From positions 58,961 through 122,960 of the forward strand of contig CAVYJM010000012.1 of NCBI GenBank assembly GCA_963768855.1: a stretch of DNA of 64,000 nt. The letters are read 5' to 3'. The notes under the pieces are model-generated. The model was not told where the DNA came from, made no database searches, and was given only the letters and a program-made list of their open reading frames with translations. Shown here piece by piece: positions 39,290 to 49,151 of this stretch. Position 1 is the first letter of the stretch, and the number at the start of each line of letters is the position of its first letter. The DNA is from an uncultured Thermoplasmata archaeon (GTDB lineage Archaea; Thermoplasmatota; Thermoplasmata; RBG-16-68-12). The position numbers and the translations under genes were made by a program.

Positions 39290-39754
39290 ATGACCACGGT
39301 CTACGACGTACCCCCCGGGCTCCTGATCGAGCGGCTCAAAGACCAGCTCGAGAAAGAGGCCAAGATCAAGCCGCCGGAGTGGGCCAAGTTCGCCCGCACG
39401 GGCGTCCACACGGAGAAGGCCCCCGTCCAGCCCGACTGGTGGTACCGCCGCGTGGCCGCGGTCCTCCGCAAGGTCTACCTCCACGGGCCCGTGGGCTCGG
39501 CACGCCTGGCCGCGGAGTTCGGCGGGCGCCACGCCGACGGGAGCGCTCCCGCCCACCCCCGCCGCGGATCGCGCTCCGTCGCCCGCGAGGCGATGCAGCA
39601 GCTCGAGTCCCTCGGATACCTCTCCAAGGCGGAGAAGAAGGGCCGGTCCATAACCCCGGCGGGTCGGAAACTTCTCGACCATCTCGCCCACGAGGTCCTC
39701 CTCGAGCTGGCGAAGTCCAATCCCGAGCTCACGAAGTATGCCGGAGGCACCTAG
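39290..39754 (+). CDS. rps19e: 30S ribosomal protein S19e
   Basis: MTTVYDVP, PPEWAKFARTG, WWYRRVAAVLRKVY. Confidence 0.97.
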   Translation: MTTVYDVPPGLLIERLKDQLEKEAKIKPPEWAKFARTGVHTEKAPVQPDWWYRRVAAVLRKVYLHGPVGSARLAAEFGGRHADGSAPAHPRRGSRSVAREAMQQLESLGYLSKAEKKGRSITPAGRKLLDHLAHEVLLELAKSNPELTKYAGGT

Positions 39755-39758
39755 GCCG

Positions 39759-40094
39759 ATGTCGATGGACGACGAGGAGCTGGATGCGATCCGCCGCCGC
39801 AAGCTCATGGAGATGCAGCAGATGCAGGACCAGGCCGTCGCCCAGCAACAGATGCGGGAGCAGGCCCAGGCCCAGCGGCAGCAGGTCCTCCGCCAGATCC
39901 TCACCCCCGAGGCCCGCGAGCGGCTCGGGCGGATCGAGCTCGCCTATCCCGACCTCGCCGACAGCATCGAGAACCAGCTCATCGCGCTTGCCCAGAGCGG
40001 GCGGGTCCAGCGAGCGATCGACGACGCCACCTTGAAACAGATCCTTGAGCGCGTGATGCCGAAGAAGCGCGAGATCAAGATCGAGAGGCGTTGA
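39759..40094 (+). CDS. PDCD5-like DNA-binding protein
   Basis: [12 protein letters not shown] and [13 protein letters not shown]; conserved position after rps19e. Confidence 0.92.
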   Translation: MSMDDEELDAIRRRKLMEMQQMQDQAVAQQQMREQAQAQRQQVLRQILTPEARERLGRIELAYPDLADSIENQLIALAQSGRVQRAIDDATLKQILERVMPKKREIKIERR

Positions 40095-40096
40095 CC

Positions 40097-40252
40097 ATGG
40101 CGAAGAACAAGCCGTACGCGAAGAAGCTGCGGCTCCTCCGGCGCGTGAAGTCGAACCGCCGCGTGCCCGCGTGGGTCATGCAGCGGACGAAGCGAGAGTT
40201 CACGCGGCACCCGAAGAAGCGCAGCTGGCGCCGCAACAAACTGAAGATGTGA
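40097..40252 (+). CDS. rpl39e: 50S ribosomal protein L39e (absent from the ORF track; 51 aa)
   Basis: Hand translation gives [51 protein letters not shown]. Confidence 0.95.
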   Translation: MAKNKPYAKKLRLLRRVKSNRRVPAWVMQRTKREFTRHPKKRSWRRNKLKM

Positions 40253-40256
40253 GGCC

Positions 40257-40520
40257 ATGGCCGGAGAAGAAGAGGAACGGATTCTGGTGATCCCGCTGCG
40301 GGCGGCATGGGCCGCCTCGCGGACGGACCGCGCGCCCCGAGCGATCAAGGCGATTCGCGAGTACGTGAAGCGGCACATGAAGCCGGACCGGATCTTCATC
40401 GACGACGTGCTGAACGAGTACATCTGGGCCCGCGGCCGCCAGCACCCGCCCCGATCCGTGCGCGTCAAGGCGATCAAGTTCGAAGACGGTTCCGCCGTCG
40501 TCTCCCTGCCGGAGGACTGA
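40257..40520 (+). CDS. rpl31e: 50S ribosomal protein L31e
   Basis: RAPRAIKAIREYVKRHM and LNEYIWARG. Confidence 0.96.
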   Translation: MAGEEEERILVIPLRAAWAASRTDRAPRAIKAIREYVKRHMKPDRIFIDDVLNEYIWARGRQHPPRSVRVKAIKFEDGSAVVSLPED

Positions 40521-40529
40521 GGGACCCGA

Positions 40530-41183
40530 TTGCTGCGCCGCCTCGAGGTCAACGGCAACCCGTACATCGGCGTCTTCTGCGCGGCCAACGAGGAGCTCCT
40601 GCTCCTGGACCGGGCGGTCCCCCGGAGCGCGGTGCGGTTCATCAGCGAGGCGCTCGGGGTCCGCGCGATCCAGACGAATGTCGCCCACTCCTCGGTCATC
40701 GGAAGCCTCGTCGCGATGAACTCGAACGGCATCCTCGCGTCGCCCTTCATCGAGGAGGGCGAGATCGAGGCGATCGGAGGGCCGGTCTACCCGCTGCCGC
40801 ACCGCCTGAGCGCCGTTGGGAACAACGTCCTCTGCAACGACCGGGGGGCAGTCGTCCATCCGGGCTACGACGACGATGCGGTCCAGTTCATCTCCGAGGC
40901 CCTCGGCGTCCCCGCGGCGCGCGGAACCGTGGCCGGCGTGAAGACGGTCGGCGCGGTGGCCGTTGCGACGAACAAAGGCGTCCTGTGCCATCCGCACGCC
41001 CGCCCCGCGGAGATGGAGATCCTCCACAAGACCCTCGGGGTCCCCGTCGCGATCACGACCGCCAACTACGGGTCCGCGCTCGTCGGCGCGTGCATGGTGG
41101 CGAACTCGAAAGGCGCCGTGGTCGGAGCCAAGACGACCCCCATCGAACTCGGCCGGATCGAAGAAGGCCTGGGCTACTATTGA
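40530..41183 (+). CDS. eif6: Translation initiation factor aIF6
   Basis: NPYIGVF, VIGSLVAMNSNG, GACMVANSKG, TTPIELGRIEE. Confidence 0.95.
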   Translation: MLRRLEVNGNPYIGVFCAANEELLLLDRAVPRSAVRFISEALGVRAIQTNVAHSSVIGSLVAMNSNGILASPFIEEGEIEAIGGPVYPLPHRLSAVGNNVLCNDRGAVVHPGYDDDAVQFISEALGVPAARGTVAGVKTVGAVAVATNKGVLCHPHARPAEMEILHKTLGVPVAITTANYGSALVGACMVANSKGAVVGAKTTPIELGRIEEGLGYY

Positions 41184-41242
41184 CCCGTCGGTCGTCCCAT
41201 AATCACTAATCATCACAGAAGTTTGAAATATCATCGGGCGGC

Positions 41243-42355
41243 ATGGGTATGCGTCCCATGAAGACCTTGGTCTTGTGCGTGGACCGGGATGACGACATCG
41301 GTGTCAAGACGGGAATCAAGGGACCGGTCGTCGGCCGGGAGGACAATCTCTCGACGGCGATGAAGCTCGGACTCGCGGACCCGGAGGACTCCGACGTCAA
41401 CGCGATGCTCTCCGCGGTCAACATGTACGACGGCCTGCTCAAGGAAGGAGCCGACGTCGAGGTCGCAACGATCTGCGGGGACGTCCGAGTCGGCGCGGCC
41501 TCGGACATCATCCTGACGCAGCAGCTCGACCGGGTGCTCGAGGAGGCCCGGCCGGATCGCGTGTTCCTCGTCTCAGACGGGGCGGAGGACGAGGCCTTTG
41601 CACCGATTCTGAGCTCCCGGATCCGCATCGACCACGTGCGCCGCGTCTACGTCCGGCAGACACCCGGCGCCGAATCCCTGTACTATGTGTTTGCGAAGCA
41701 GATGCGCAACCCGAAGGTCCGCCGCAAGGTCATCGCGCCCCTCGGCCTCGTCCTGTTCCTCTTCGGGCTCATCGATTTCTTCGTCCCCTACGCGGCCCCC
41801 GCCCTCGTCCTGATCTTCGCAGGGGTCTACCTCATCCTGATCTCCCTCCCGTTCAACAGCCTGCGCGACGTGACCGGGGCGATCGGCGACTACTATGAGG
41901 GCGTCCGGAGCAACGTGGCCTCAGGCGACCTCTCCATCTTCTTCACCGTGGCTGCGGGCTTCCTAATCATCGTCGGCATCGCATCCGGCCTCGATCTCGT
42001 GCGGCAGACCGCCCCGGAGCTCCTCTTACAGGTCCTGTCCTTCATCCTCGGAGCGCTCTGGTGGTGCATCCTCGCGGTCCTCGTCTTCGAGGGGGGCAAG
42101 ACCCTGACGGCCTACTTCAAGCACGGCCGCGTGCCGCGCCACGTGATCGCCGTCGCGGGCACCTTCGTCGCCCTGGGCCTCATCGTGCTCGCCTCGGTCC
42201 AGGGCCTCCAATTCATCGTGGGCGCATCCACGTCCCTCCTGTCCCTTGTGCTCATCTATCTGAGCATCTCCCTCGCCGTTCTCCTCGTCGTGGCCACGGG
42301 CCTGTCCTACCGAACACGCGGGGAGCGGCCCGTCGAAGACGGCTGGCGGCACTGA
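41243..42355 (+). CDS. DUF373 family membrane protein
   Basis: LVLCVDRDDDIG, GLADPEDSDVN, VSDGAEDE. Confidence 0.88.
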   Translation: MGMRPMKTLVLCVDRDDDIGVKTGIKGPVVGREDNLSTAMKLGLADPEDSDVNAMLSAVNMYDGLLKEGADVEVATICGDVRVGAASDIILTQQLDRVLEEARPDRVFLVSDGAEDEAFAPILSSRIRIDHVRRVYVRQTPGAESLYYVFAKQMRNPKVRRKVIAPLGLVLFLFGLIDFFVPYAAPALVLIFAGVYLILISLPFNSLRDVTGAIGDYYEGVRSNVASGDLSIFFTVAAGFLIIVGIASGLDLVRQTAPELLLQVLSFILGALWWCILAVLVFEGGKTLTAYFKHGRVPRHVIAVAGTFVALGLIVLASVQGLQFIVGASTSLLSLVLIYLSISLAVLLVVATGLSYRTRGERPVEDGWRH

Positions 42356-42372
42356 GCGGCCGGGGTCTCGGG

Positions 42373-43020
42373 ATGGACTTCGAGTACTGGGAGCCCTACT
42401 ACGTGCAGATCGTGGAGGACTTGGGCCTCTCCCGCGACGACGACGAGGCGGTCGCCGCGGAGCTCGATCGCCTCCTGGGCGGCACCCGAGTCATGCCGAC
42501 CGAGCTGCGGACTCTCTTCCGTGGAAAGACCGTGACGGTCGCGGGAAATGGGGCCTCGCTGGGGTCCGAGCTCAACGCCGACGAGAGTGTCCTCGTGACT
42601 GCGGACGAGGCGACGTCCGTGGCGCTCCGGAAGGGTCTGCGCCCCGCGGTCCTCGTCTCGGACCTCGATGGCGACGTCGCGGACCAGGTGAAGGCGAATG
42701 CGCAGGGCACCGTCGCCGTAATCCTCGGGCACGGGGACAACCGCTCCGCGGTGCGCTCGTGGGCGCCGCGGTTCACCGGTCGCACCGTCGCGACGACCCA
42801 GTCGCGGCCCTCCGGGCGGCTCTACGACTTCGGCGGGTTCACGGACGGCGACCGCGCGGTCTATCTCGCGGACCACTTCGGCGCGGAAGAGATTCGCCTC
42901 GTCGGCTGGGACTTCGAGCACCCTAGCGCGAAGGATGACGATCCTAAGCGCAAGCAGCGCAAGCTCGACTGGGCGTACATCCTGATTCAGAACCTGGGCC
43001 GGCCCGAACTCGAGCTGTGA
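42373..43020 (+). CDS. mptE: 6-hydroxymethyl-7,8-dihydropterin pyrophosphokinase (DUF115)
   Basis: WEPYY..I, VSDLDGD, HGDN, FGGFTDGDRAV, KLDWA. Confidence 0.88.
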   Translation: MDFEYWEPYYVQIVEDLGLSRDDDEAVAAELDRLLGGTRVMPTELRTLFRGKTVTVAGNGASLGSELNADESVLVTADEATSVALRKGLRPAVLVSDLDGDVADQVKANAQGTVAVILGHGDNRSAVRSWAPRFTGRTVATTQSRPSGRLYDFGGFTDGDRAVYLADHFGAEEIRLVGWDFEHPSAKDDDPKRKQRKLDWAYILIQNLGRPELEL

Positions 43021-44463
43021 TCAGAACTTGGGCTGGGCTTTCAGGAAACGCCAGCTCAGGATGGGGTCGCGGGCCGCTTGGACCTCGTCCACACGGGAGA
43101 CCGCGGTGTTGTGCGGGGCCGAGTGGAGGAGCTCCGGGTCCTCCTTCGTGATCTGGATGAGCACGTCCGCGAACGCGTCCAGGGTCGCCCGCGTCTCCGT
43201 CTCGGTGGGCTCGATCATGAGGGCCTCCTCGACCAAGTGCGGGAAGTAGACGGTGGGCGGATGGTAGCCGTAGTCCATGAGCCGCTTCGCGACGTCCGTG
43301 GTCTTGACCCCCTTCGCAAGGAGCTTCGCGCCGCTCGCGACGAACTCGTGCTTCCGCAACCCGCTGAAGGGCACGTCGAGGGCGCCCTCCAGGCGATGCT
43401 TCACGTAGTTCGCGTTGAGGACCGCGCGCTCCGAGACGCGGGTCAGCCCATCGCCTCCTTGTCGGAGGATGTACGCGTACGCGCGGACGAGGAGCGCGAA
43501 GTTGCCGTACCATGCGCGGACCATGCCGATCGACTTGGGCCGGTGATAGTCCAGGTGGTAGGTCGAGCCGTCGAACGTGACGACCGGGACGGGCAGGAAA
43601 GGTTCGAGCGGCTTCTTGACGCCGACCGGACCCGCCCCGGGTCCGCCCCCTCCGTGCGGCGTCGTGAAGGTCTTGTGGAGGTTGAAGTGGACGATGTCGA
43701 AGTTCATGAGGCCCGGGGACGTCTTGCCCATGATCGCGTTCAGGTTCGCGCCGTCGTAGTAGAGGAGCCCGCCATCCTGGTGGACGATGTCTGCGACGTC
43801 CATGATGTGGTCCTCGAAGATCCCGAGGGTGTTCGGGTTCGTGATCATGAAGGCGAGCGTCTTGTCGCTCACCGCGCTCTTCAACGCGTTCAGGTCGACG
43901 CGGCCGTCCTCGGAAGGAATCTCGATGATGTCGAAGCCCGCCATCCCGGCGCTCGCGAAGTTCGTGCCGTGCGCCGTGTCCGGCACGATGATCTCGTGGC
44001 GGTGCTCGCCTTTGTCGTGGTTGTAGGCCTGCGCGAGGAGGAGGCCCGTGAACTCGCCCTGGGCGCCCGCCGCGGGCTGCAGGGTGACGGCGTCCATCCC
44101 CGCGATCGTAGCGAGGGCCTGCTTGAGCTCGTACAGGAGGCGGAGCGCCCCCTGGACCGTGGACTCGTCCTGGTCCGGATGGACCCGGGTCACGGTCGGG
44201 AGGGACGCGAGCTCCTCGGCGTACTTCGGGTTGAACTTCATCGTGCACGAGCCGAGCGGGTAGAACCCCGTGTCGATCGAGAAATTCATCTGCGACAGCC
44301 TCGTGTAGTGCCGGACGACCTCGTGCTCCGGAATGTTCGGCAGGTTGAGCCGGTCCCGCCGGAGGGCCGGCGGGACGAGGCCCTCTAGGTCGATCGGCTC
44401 GGCTTCCTCGGAGGCTTGCTCGAAGAGGAGCGGCTCGTCGTAGTATGCCTGGCGGAACTTCAT
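43021..44463 (-). CDS. gcvPB: Glycine dehydrogenase subunit 2
   Basis: VVRHYTRLSQ, YPLGSCTMKFNP, QPAAGAQGE, HFNLHKTF.TPHGGGGPG. Confidence 0.96.
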   Translation of the reverse strand: MKFRQAYYDEPLLFEQASEEAEPIDLEGLVPPALRRDRLNLPNIPEHEVVRHYTRLSQMNFSIDTGFYPLGSCTMKFNPKYAEELASLPTVTRVHPDQDESTVQGALRLLYELKQALATIAGMDAVTLQPAAGAQGEFTGLLLAQAYNHDKGEHRHEIIVPDTAHGTNFASAGMAGFDIIEIPSEDGRVDLNALKSAVSDKTLAFMITNPNTLGIFEDHIMDVADIVHQDGGLLYYDGANLNAIMGKTSPGLMNFDIVHFNLHKTFTTPHGGGGPGAGPVGVKKPLEPFLPVPVVTFDGSTYHLDYHRPKSIGMVRAWYGNFALLVRAYAYILRQGGDGLTRVSERAVLNANYVKHRLEGALDVPFSGLRKHEFVASGAKLLAKGVKTTDVAKRLMDYGYHPPTVYFPHLVEEALMIEPTETETRATLDAFADVLIQITKEDPELLHSAPHNTAVSRVDEVQAARDPILSWRFLKAQPKF

Positions 44464-45782
44464 CGGATCGACCTCAGGGTCTCGACCAGTCGGTCCAGGT
44501 CCTGCCTCGTGTGGCGTTCCGTGACGGCGAAGAGGGCGAAGTCCCGCAGTTCCTTCAGGTGGCGGGCATGCTGCATGCCGCCATGCATCCCTCTCTCCAG
44601 GAGAGCGTGGTGGACCGCCTCGTAGCCTCCCTGGTAGCGCAGGGTGAACTCGTTGAAGTGCGCTCCCTTGAAGAGGGGTGCCTCGAACCCGGGGATCGCG
44701 CGGATCGCGGCGGCGAGGTCCTTCGCCTTGCGCATGCAGTCCACCGCGACGCGGCGCAGCCCGTTCGACCCCATGACGGCCATGTACGCGGCCGAGGCGA
44801 CCGCCATGAGGGACTCGTTCGTGCAGATGTTGCTCATCGCCTTCTCGCGGCGGATGTGCTGCTCCCTCGTCTGGAGGGTCATGCAGAACGCACGGTGGCC
44901 GTCCGCATCCTTCGTCAGCCCGATCACGCGTCCGGGCATCTTGCGGACGTGCTCCTGCCGGCACGCGAAGATGCCGAGGAGCGGTCCGCCGAAGTTGACC
45001 GCGTTGCCGAGCGCCTGTCCCTCGCCGATCACGATGTCCGCGCCGAAGTCTGCGGGCTTCTTCACGACCGCCTGGGCGATCGGGTTGATGCCGACGACGA
45101 GAGGCGCGTCCGTGGCGGCGCGGATCTCGGCGAGCTGCTCCTCGAAGCGTCCGAAGAAGTTCGGGTTCTCGACGTAGACACCGCACACGTCCTCCGTGTG
45201 GTGCTTCTTGAGGTGGTCGACGTCCAGCATCCCGGTCTCCGGGTCGTACTCGACCTCCTTGATGAGGAGGCCACCGCCCCACGTGTAGTTCTGCAGGACG
45301 CTCCGGCGATGCCACCGGAGCGCGCGGGGCACCAGGAAAATCTTCCCGCCGTGGATGCGTCGCGTCATCCGCGCGGCCTCGCCCAGGGCGGTCGACGCGT
45401 CATACATGGACGTGTTCGCCGCGTCCATGCCCGTGAGCTCGCAGATCAGGCTCTGGTACTCCCAGAGCGTCTGGAGGATCCCCTGGCTCACCTCGGGTTG
45501 GTATGGCGTGTAGGCCGTGTAGAACTCGGCTCGGGAGGTGATCGCGCGCACGCTCGCAGGGACGAAGTGGTCGTAGAGGCCGGCGCCGAGGAAGGTCGGC
45601 ATGTCGGCCATCGTCCGGTTCGCGGAGAGCATCTCCGTGATCCGCGAGACGACCTCTTGTTCCGATAGACCGGGCGGGAGGGCGAGCCCTTTCATCCGGA
45701 CCGCGGCGGGGATGTCCGAGAACAGGTCGTCGACGCCCCGCAGCCCCATCGTGCGGAGCATGTCCGCCTCGTCGGAAGCCAT
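44460..45782 (-). CDS. gcvPA: Glycine dehydrogenase subunit 1
   Basis: YTAYTPYQPEVSQG, ANTSMYD, LQTREQHIRREKAMSNICTN. Confidence 0.96.
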   Translation of the reverse strand: MASDEADMLRTMGLRGVDDLFSDIPAAVRMKGLALPPGLSEQEVVSRITEMLSANRTMADMPTFLGAGLYDHFVPASVRAITSRAEFYTAYTPYQPEVSQGILQTLWEYQSLICELTGMDAANTSMYDASTALGEAARMTRRIHGGKIFLVPRALRWHRRSVLQNYTWGGGLLIKEVEYDPETGMLDVDHLKKHHTEDVCGVYVENPNFFGRFEEQLAEIRAATDAPLVVGINPIAQAVVKKPADFGADIVIGEGQALGNAVNFGGPLLGIFACRQEHVRKMPGRVIGLTKDADGHRAFCMTLQTREQHIRREKAMSNICTNESLMAVASAAYMAVMGSNGLRRVAVDCMRKAKDLAAAIRAIPGFEAPLFKGAHFNEFTLRYQGGYEAVHHALLERGMHGGMQHARHLKELRDFALFAVTERHTRQDLDRLVETLRSIR

Positions 45783-45915
45783 CCGGGCCCGTGCAGAAAG
45801 GATGGCGCCTTTAAAGCTTTGGAAAAGGGGAGCCGACCGGGACGCCTCGAGGACGCGTCATTCGGGGTAGGCGCCCGTTCCATGCGGCCGCTCGAGTGTC
45901 CGTGGATCGGGCGTG

Positions 45916-46332
45916 TCACGCGGCATCGGGGACGACGGCTACGGCATCGATCTCAACGAGGAACTCGTCGCGGACCAGGCGGGACACCTCGATGGCCGAG
46001 CTGGCGGGCGGCTCGATCCTGTTCACGAACTGGTCCCGGACCTGTCGTACCACCTGGATCCGGGAGATGTCACGCAGGTAGTACGTGAGCTTGACGACGG
46101 ATGAGAAGTCCGCGCCGGCCACCTCGAGGGCCGCCTTGAGGTTCAAGAAGACCTGATGGGTCTGGGCCCGGAGATCGCCCTTGCCGACGAGGTTCCCGAC
46201 CGGATCAAGGGCCACTTGACCCGAGACATAGATCGTCCTTCCCCGTGTGGCCTCGGCGACATGGGAGTACCCCGCGGACGCAGGCAAGGTTGGCGGGCTG
46301 ACAAACCGGACGTTTCGTTCGAGGCTGGGCAT
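45916..46332 (-). CDS. RidA/YjgF family protein
   Basis: GYSHV, IYVSGQVA, PPASS, LVEIDAVA. The start may be 46392. Confidence 0.88.
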   Translation of the reverse strand: MPSLERNVRFVSPPTLPASAGYSHVAEATRGRTIYVSGQVALDPVGNLVGKGDLRAQTHQVFLNLKAALEVAGADFSSVVKLTYYLRDISRIQVVRQVRDQFVNRIEPPASSAIEVSRLVRDEFLVEIDAVAVVPDAA

Positions 46333-46434
46333 GGCTTCCCTCGGGCGATGAAGGCTCGGCCGGGTAGTTGGTCTTTCCTGTCCTTCGGACACGGGGGAGG
46401 AGGGGCAAGTCCATGCGGATTGCGGCAGGGGCCG

Positions 46435-46644
46435 CTACGCGCCACCGGAGACGACGGAGAGGATTCGCAGGCGTTCCGCATCGACGAGCGGTTCATCCAA
46501 GGGAATCGGGGAGTCTCCCCGCACGACCAAGTCCGCGTCGGGTGCAAGGCCGAGGCGACGGAGCAAATCGAATCCAGTGGCCGTCTCAGGAAGATCGACG
46601 GACTCGGTCTTCCGTCCCTGGACGAGCTCCGCGGTGACCCGCAT
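46435..46644 (-). CDS. SAMP/MoaD/ThiS-like ubiquitin-fold protein ending SGG-A
   Basis: 69 aa with a C-terminal RILSVVSGGA; CGCTTAAGG box about 27 nt upstream. Confidence 0.82.
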   Translation of the reverse strand: MRVTAELVQGRKTESVDLPETATGFDLLRRLGLAPDADLVVRGDSPIPLDEPLVDAERLRILSVVSGGA

Positions 46645-46742
46645 CGAAGAGCGGGAACACCTGACCGGACCTTAAGCGCTCTCTCAACGCGAGACTCGAT
46701 ACGGAACGCTTAAGGGAACCCTGCTCTTCCAGTCCATGGGTT

Positions 46743-46826
46743 GCCCAGGTCGCCAAGCCCGGTATGGCGGCGGTCTCGAAAACCGCTGGCCGCAAGGCCC
46801 CGCAGGTTCAAATCCTGCCCTGGGCG
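46743..46826 (+). tRNA. tRNA-Ser (anticodon CGA), no encoded CCA
   Basis: Acceptor GCCCAGG/CCTGGGC; anticodon arm GCGGT-CT CGA AA-ACCGC; variable arm GGCC-GCAA-GGCC; T arm GCAGG-TTCAAAT-CCTGC. CTTAAG box about 30 nt upstream. Confidence 0.97.
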
Positions 46827-46859
46827 CTCTTATGGAGGGCCGAGTGCGTATTTTCTCAG

Positions 46860-47870
46860 TTATGGCTCAACCCGAACCACGGTCCGCGCCTCGCGGGCCT
46901 CGCGGAGGATGCGGAGGCTGTCTTGGCGCTTCATCCGACCGTAGTGCTTCAGGACGGTCTCCAGTTTCGTGTGGCCCGTGGCGTCCATCACGGCCTCCGC
47001 GGCGGCCCTCTCCCTGTAGCCTCGGGCGACGAGGGCGTCGATGCTCTGTTGTACGAAAGTGCTCCTGAAGGTCTTCAGGCCACGGAACTCGACCCCCGAG
47101 GTCTCCTGAAGTTGCTTCTTCAACTTGCGGAGCATCGCGGCGCTCCAGTAGTTCAGGGTCCCGTCCCTCCAGCGCATTGGGATGAGGGCCTCGTGGCGTT
47201 GTCCACCGAGGAACGCCCCGCGCTCGGCGAGGAAGTCGAGGATGGCGCCGCGGGCGGCGTTGTCGATGGGCACCTCGCGCTGTCGCCCGTAGGACCCCTC
47301 GCCCTTTGGGTGCGCCACGAGGATGCTCATCTTGCCCAAGTCGATGTCCGTGACGCGGGCCTGTCGAATCTCGCTCGGGCGCAATCCAGTCGCGGGCAGG
47401 ATGACCACGAGGAACCGCGCCACGGAGCCCCACCACCCCTCCATCGCCTCGGCCCCACGCCCCAGCAGGGCCAACTCGTCATCGCTGAGCGTCCTGATGT
47501 CCTTCTGGGGCGCCGTAGGTCGCCTGTAGAGCCTGCGTTGCTTGGCCACATCGATACAGGGGTTACCGAGCCACCCGAGGAACGCCGCGAGCACATCGAG
47601 GCGCTTATTGATGGTCTCGACATCCAGCCCGAGGCCGCTCCTCGTCGGCGCCTGCTTCCATTCCTGTAGGAGAACGCAGAGTTCGGGCCACGAGAGCTTC
47701 TCGGGTTGCGTGGTGCCGAGCCTCCCCGCCCGCCTCAGCCTCCAGAGGTCGCGGCCGATTTTGCGGAGGTCGCGCCCGTATCGGTCGAGCGTCGAGGGCC
47801 TGTAGTAGGCCAGGATTTCTGGCACTTCGAGAAACCGCCTCACCGCGGTCAGGAAGGGCTGGCGCGACAC
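46860..47870 (-). CDS. Tyrosine recombinase/integrase (start may be further upstream, e.g. TTG 47945)
   Basis: TGLRPSEI (Arg), HPKG (Lys), LKTFR (KxxR), TGHTKLETVLKHY (His, Tyr). Confidence 0.92.
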   Translation of the reverse strand: MSRQPFLTAVRRFLEVPEILAYYRPSTLDRYGRDLRKIGRDLWRLRRAGRLGTTQPEKLSWPELCVLLQEWKQAPTRSGLGLDVETINKRLDVLAAFLGWLGNPCIDVAKQRRLYRRPTAPQKDIRTLSDDELALLGRGAEAMEGWWGSVARFLVVILPATGLRPSEIRQARVTDIDLGKMSILVAHPKGEGSYGRQREVPIDNAARGAILDFLAERGAFLGGQRHEALIPMRWRDGTLNYWSAAMLRKLKKQLQETSGVEFRGLKTFRSTFVQQSIDALVARGYRERAAAEAVMDATGHTKLETVLKHYGRMKRQDSLRILREAREARTVVRVEP

Positions 47871-48815
47871 GGCGCGTGGCCTTCCCCTTCGACGCGGCGG
47901 CGGTCTCTCGGCTCCTGTCCCGTGGGTGTTTCCTTCGGCTTCCAAAGTCGAAGCACGGGGGTTTTCTCCTAGAGACAAGCGAAGTGTCCCGTCTTCGCTC
48001 GCCTTCGGAGAATCTATCGGCCTGCGAGAAGTTAATGCCTTCGGCCTCGGGCGACGGCGCCCGCGACGGCGGCCTAGCGAGAACAACGGCGTGGCGGTAC
48101 GGCTCCCGTGGCCGCCCGCCTCGCGTCATACAGACCCTTGCCCTCGTCGCGGCCGTGGACCGGCCGTGGCTCGCCGAGTATTGCCATCAATCCTTCTAGG
48201 CGAAGATCCCCTATAAACAATCGGGTCACGGCGCTCTTCGATCGGTGCGCCCCTCCGTGGGGCCCTCCGGTTATGACCGCAGATGCTAGAGAGGCTGAGC
48301 AGCATCCCGACCGTGGCTCGACCTGTCACGGCAGCCCGGAAATCTTTTTTATGCAGTTTCACGATAAAAGTGCTCTCCTGAGGAGCCGATTAGGACGCCT
48401 CTCCGGGCCTCTCTGCGTCGAGAACGGCTCTAATGCGTTCTAATGCGTTCCCAGAGGCCTTCCCGGGGCGCTTTCGGGAGGTTGGTCCCGGGTGAGGACA
48501 CCCGCGCTGCGAGCCCCCCATCTTGCGGTCCTCGGCGATGGTCCGCTCAGGGACGCGTCCTCCGGAGGGTCGGGTGCTATCAGTGTCAGTGATGACAGTG
48601 TCGCCGGAGCCCTTATGCGTCGGTACATCAATAGTATCGTGAGACGTCTGCGAAGCGAGCCCGGGGACGCCGCGAACGTCTCAACAGCCCGCCCGGGTGG
48701 CTTCCGTTTCTGGATCTGAAACAGGACGTCAATCTCGCGCTAGACCGATATCAGACCGAGTTCGGACACGTATCCGGGCAAGTAGAAGCCTGAGAGGTCC
48801 TCCTGAGGTGATGCA

Positions 48816-49151
48816 ATGTCCGTATACCCTCCCCAGAACAGCAAGCGTCCGCGGGGCTTCAGCCCGTCCGCGTGGCGGCGTTATGAGCGCCTACGTGCCG
48901 AACTCGAGGCCAAGGACCTGCGGGAGAACGGGCCTTGGTGGGAGCGCCAGCACTCGCCGCCACCACCGCCCGACCTTGCCGCAGCGAGGGAGGCCGACAG
49001 GGTCGAGCGCGCGCTCGCGGGCGGCGATATCGTCGCGATCGAGACGGATGGAAACGGCGTCGGCGTGGCGGTCATCGAGGGGCCGGAAGGCGAGCTCATC
49101 CGGGCCCGCGTGAAGATGGGGCTCCACGGTCAGGCGGGTGAGGGACCATGA
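48816..49151 (+). CDS. Hypothetical mobile-element protein
   Basis: ATG after a GAGGTG SD; ATGA coupling to the next ORF. Confidence 0.65.
   Translation: MSVYPPQNSKRPRGFSPSAWRRYERLRAELEAKDLRENGPWWERQHSPPPPPDLAAAREADRVERALAGGDIVAIETDGNGVGVAVIEGPEGELIRARVKMGLHGQAGEGP

Noticed and set aside
2062-44388. Many long antisense or alternate-frame ORFs (e.g. 2062-3525, 7355-8662, 13621-15093, 14999-16681, 36047-37906, 43078-44388)
   Set aside because: They are Arg/Gly/Pro-rich shadows of recognisable genes, as expected in high-GC DNA, and carry no motifs.
43021-45315. 764-aa ORF as a fused glycine dehydrogenase
   Set aside because: The N-terminal 284 codons are an off-frame shadow of gcvPA. The real gcvPB starts at ATG 44463.
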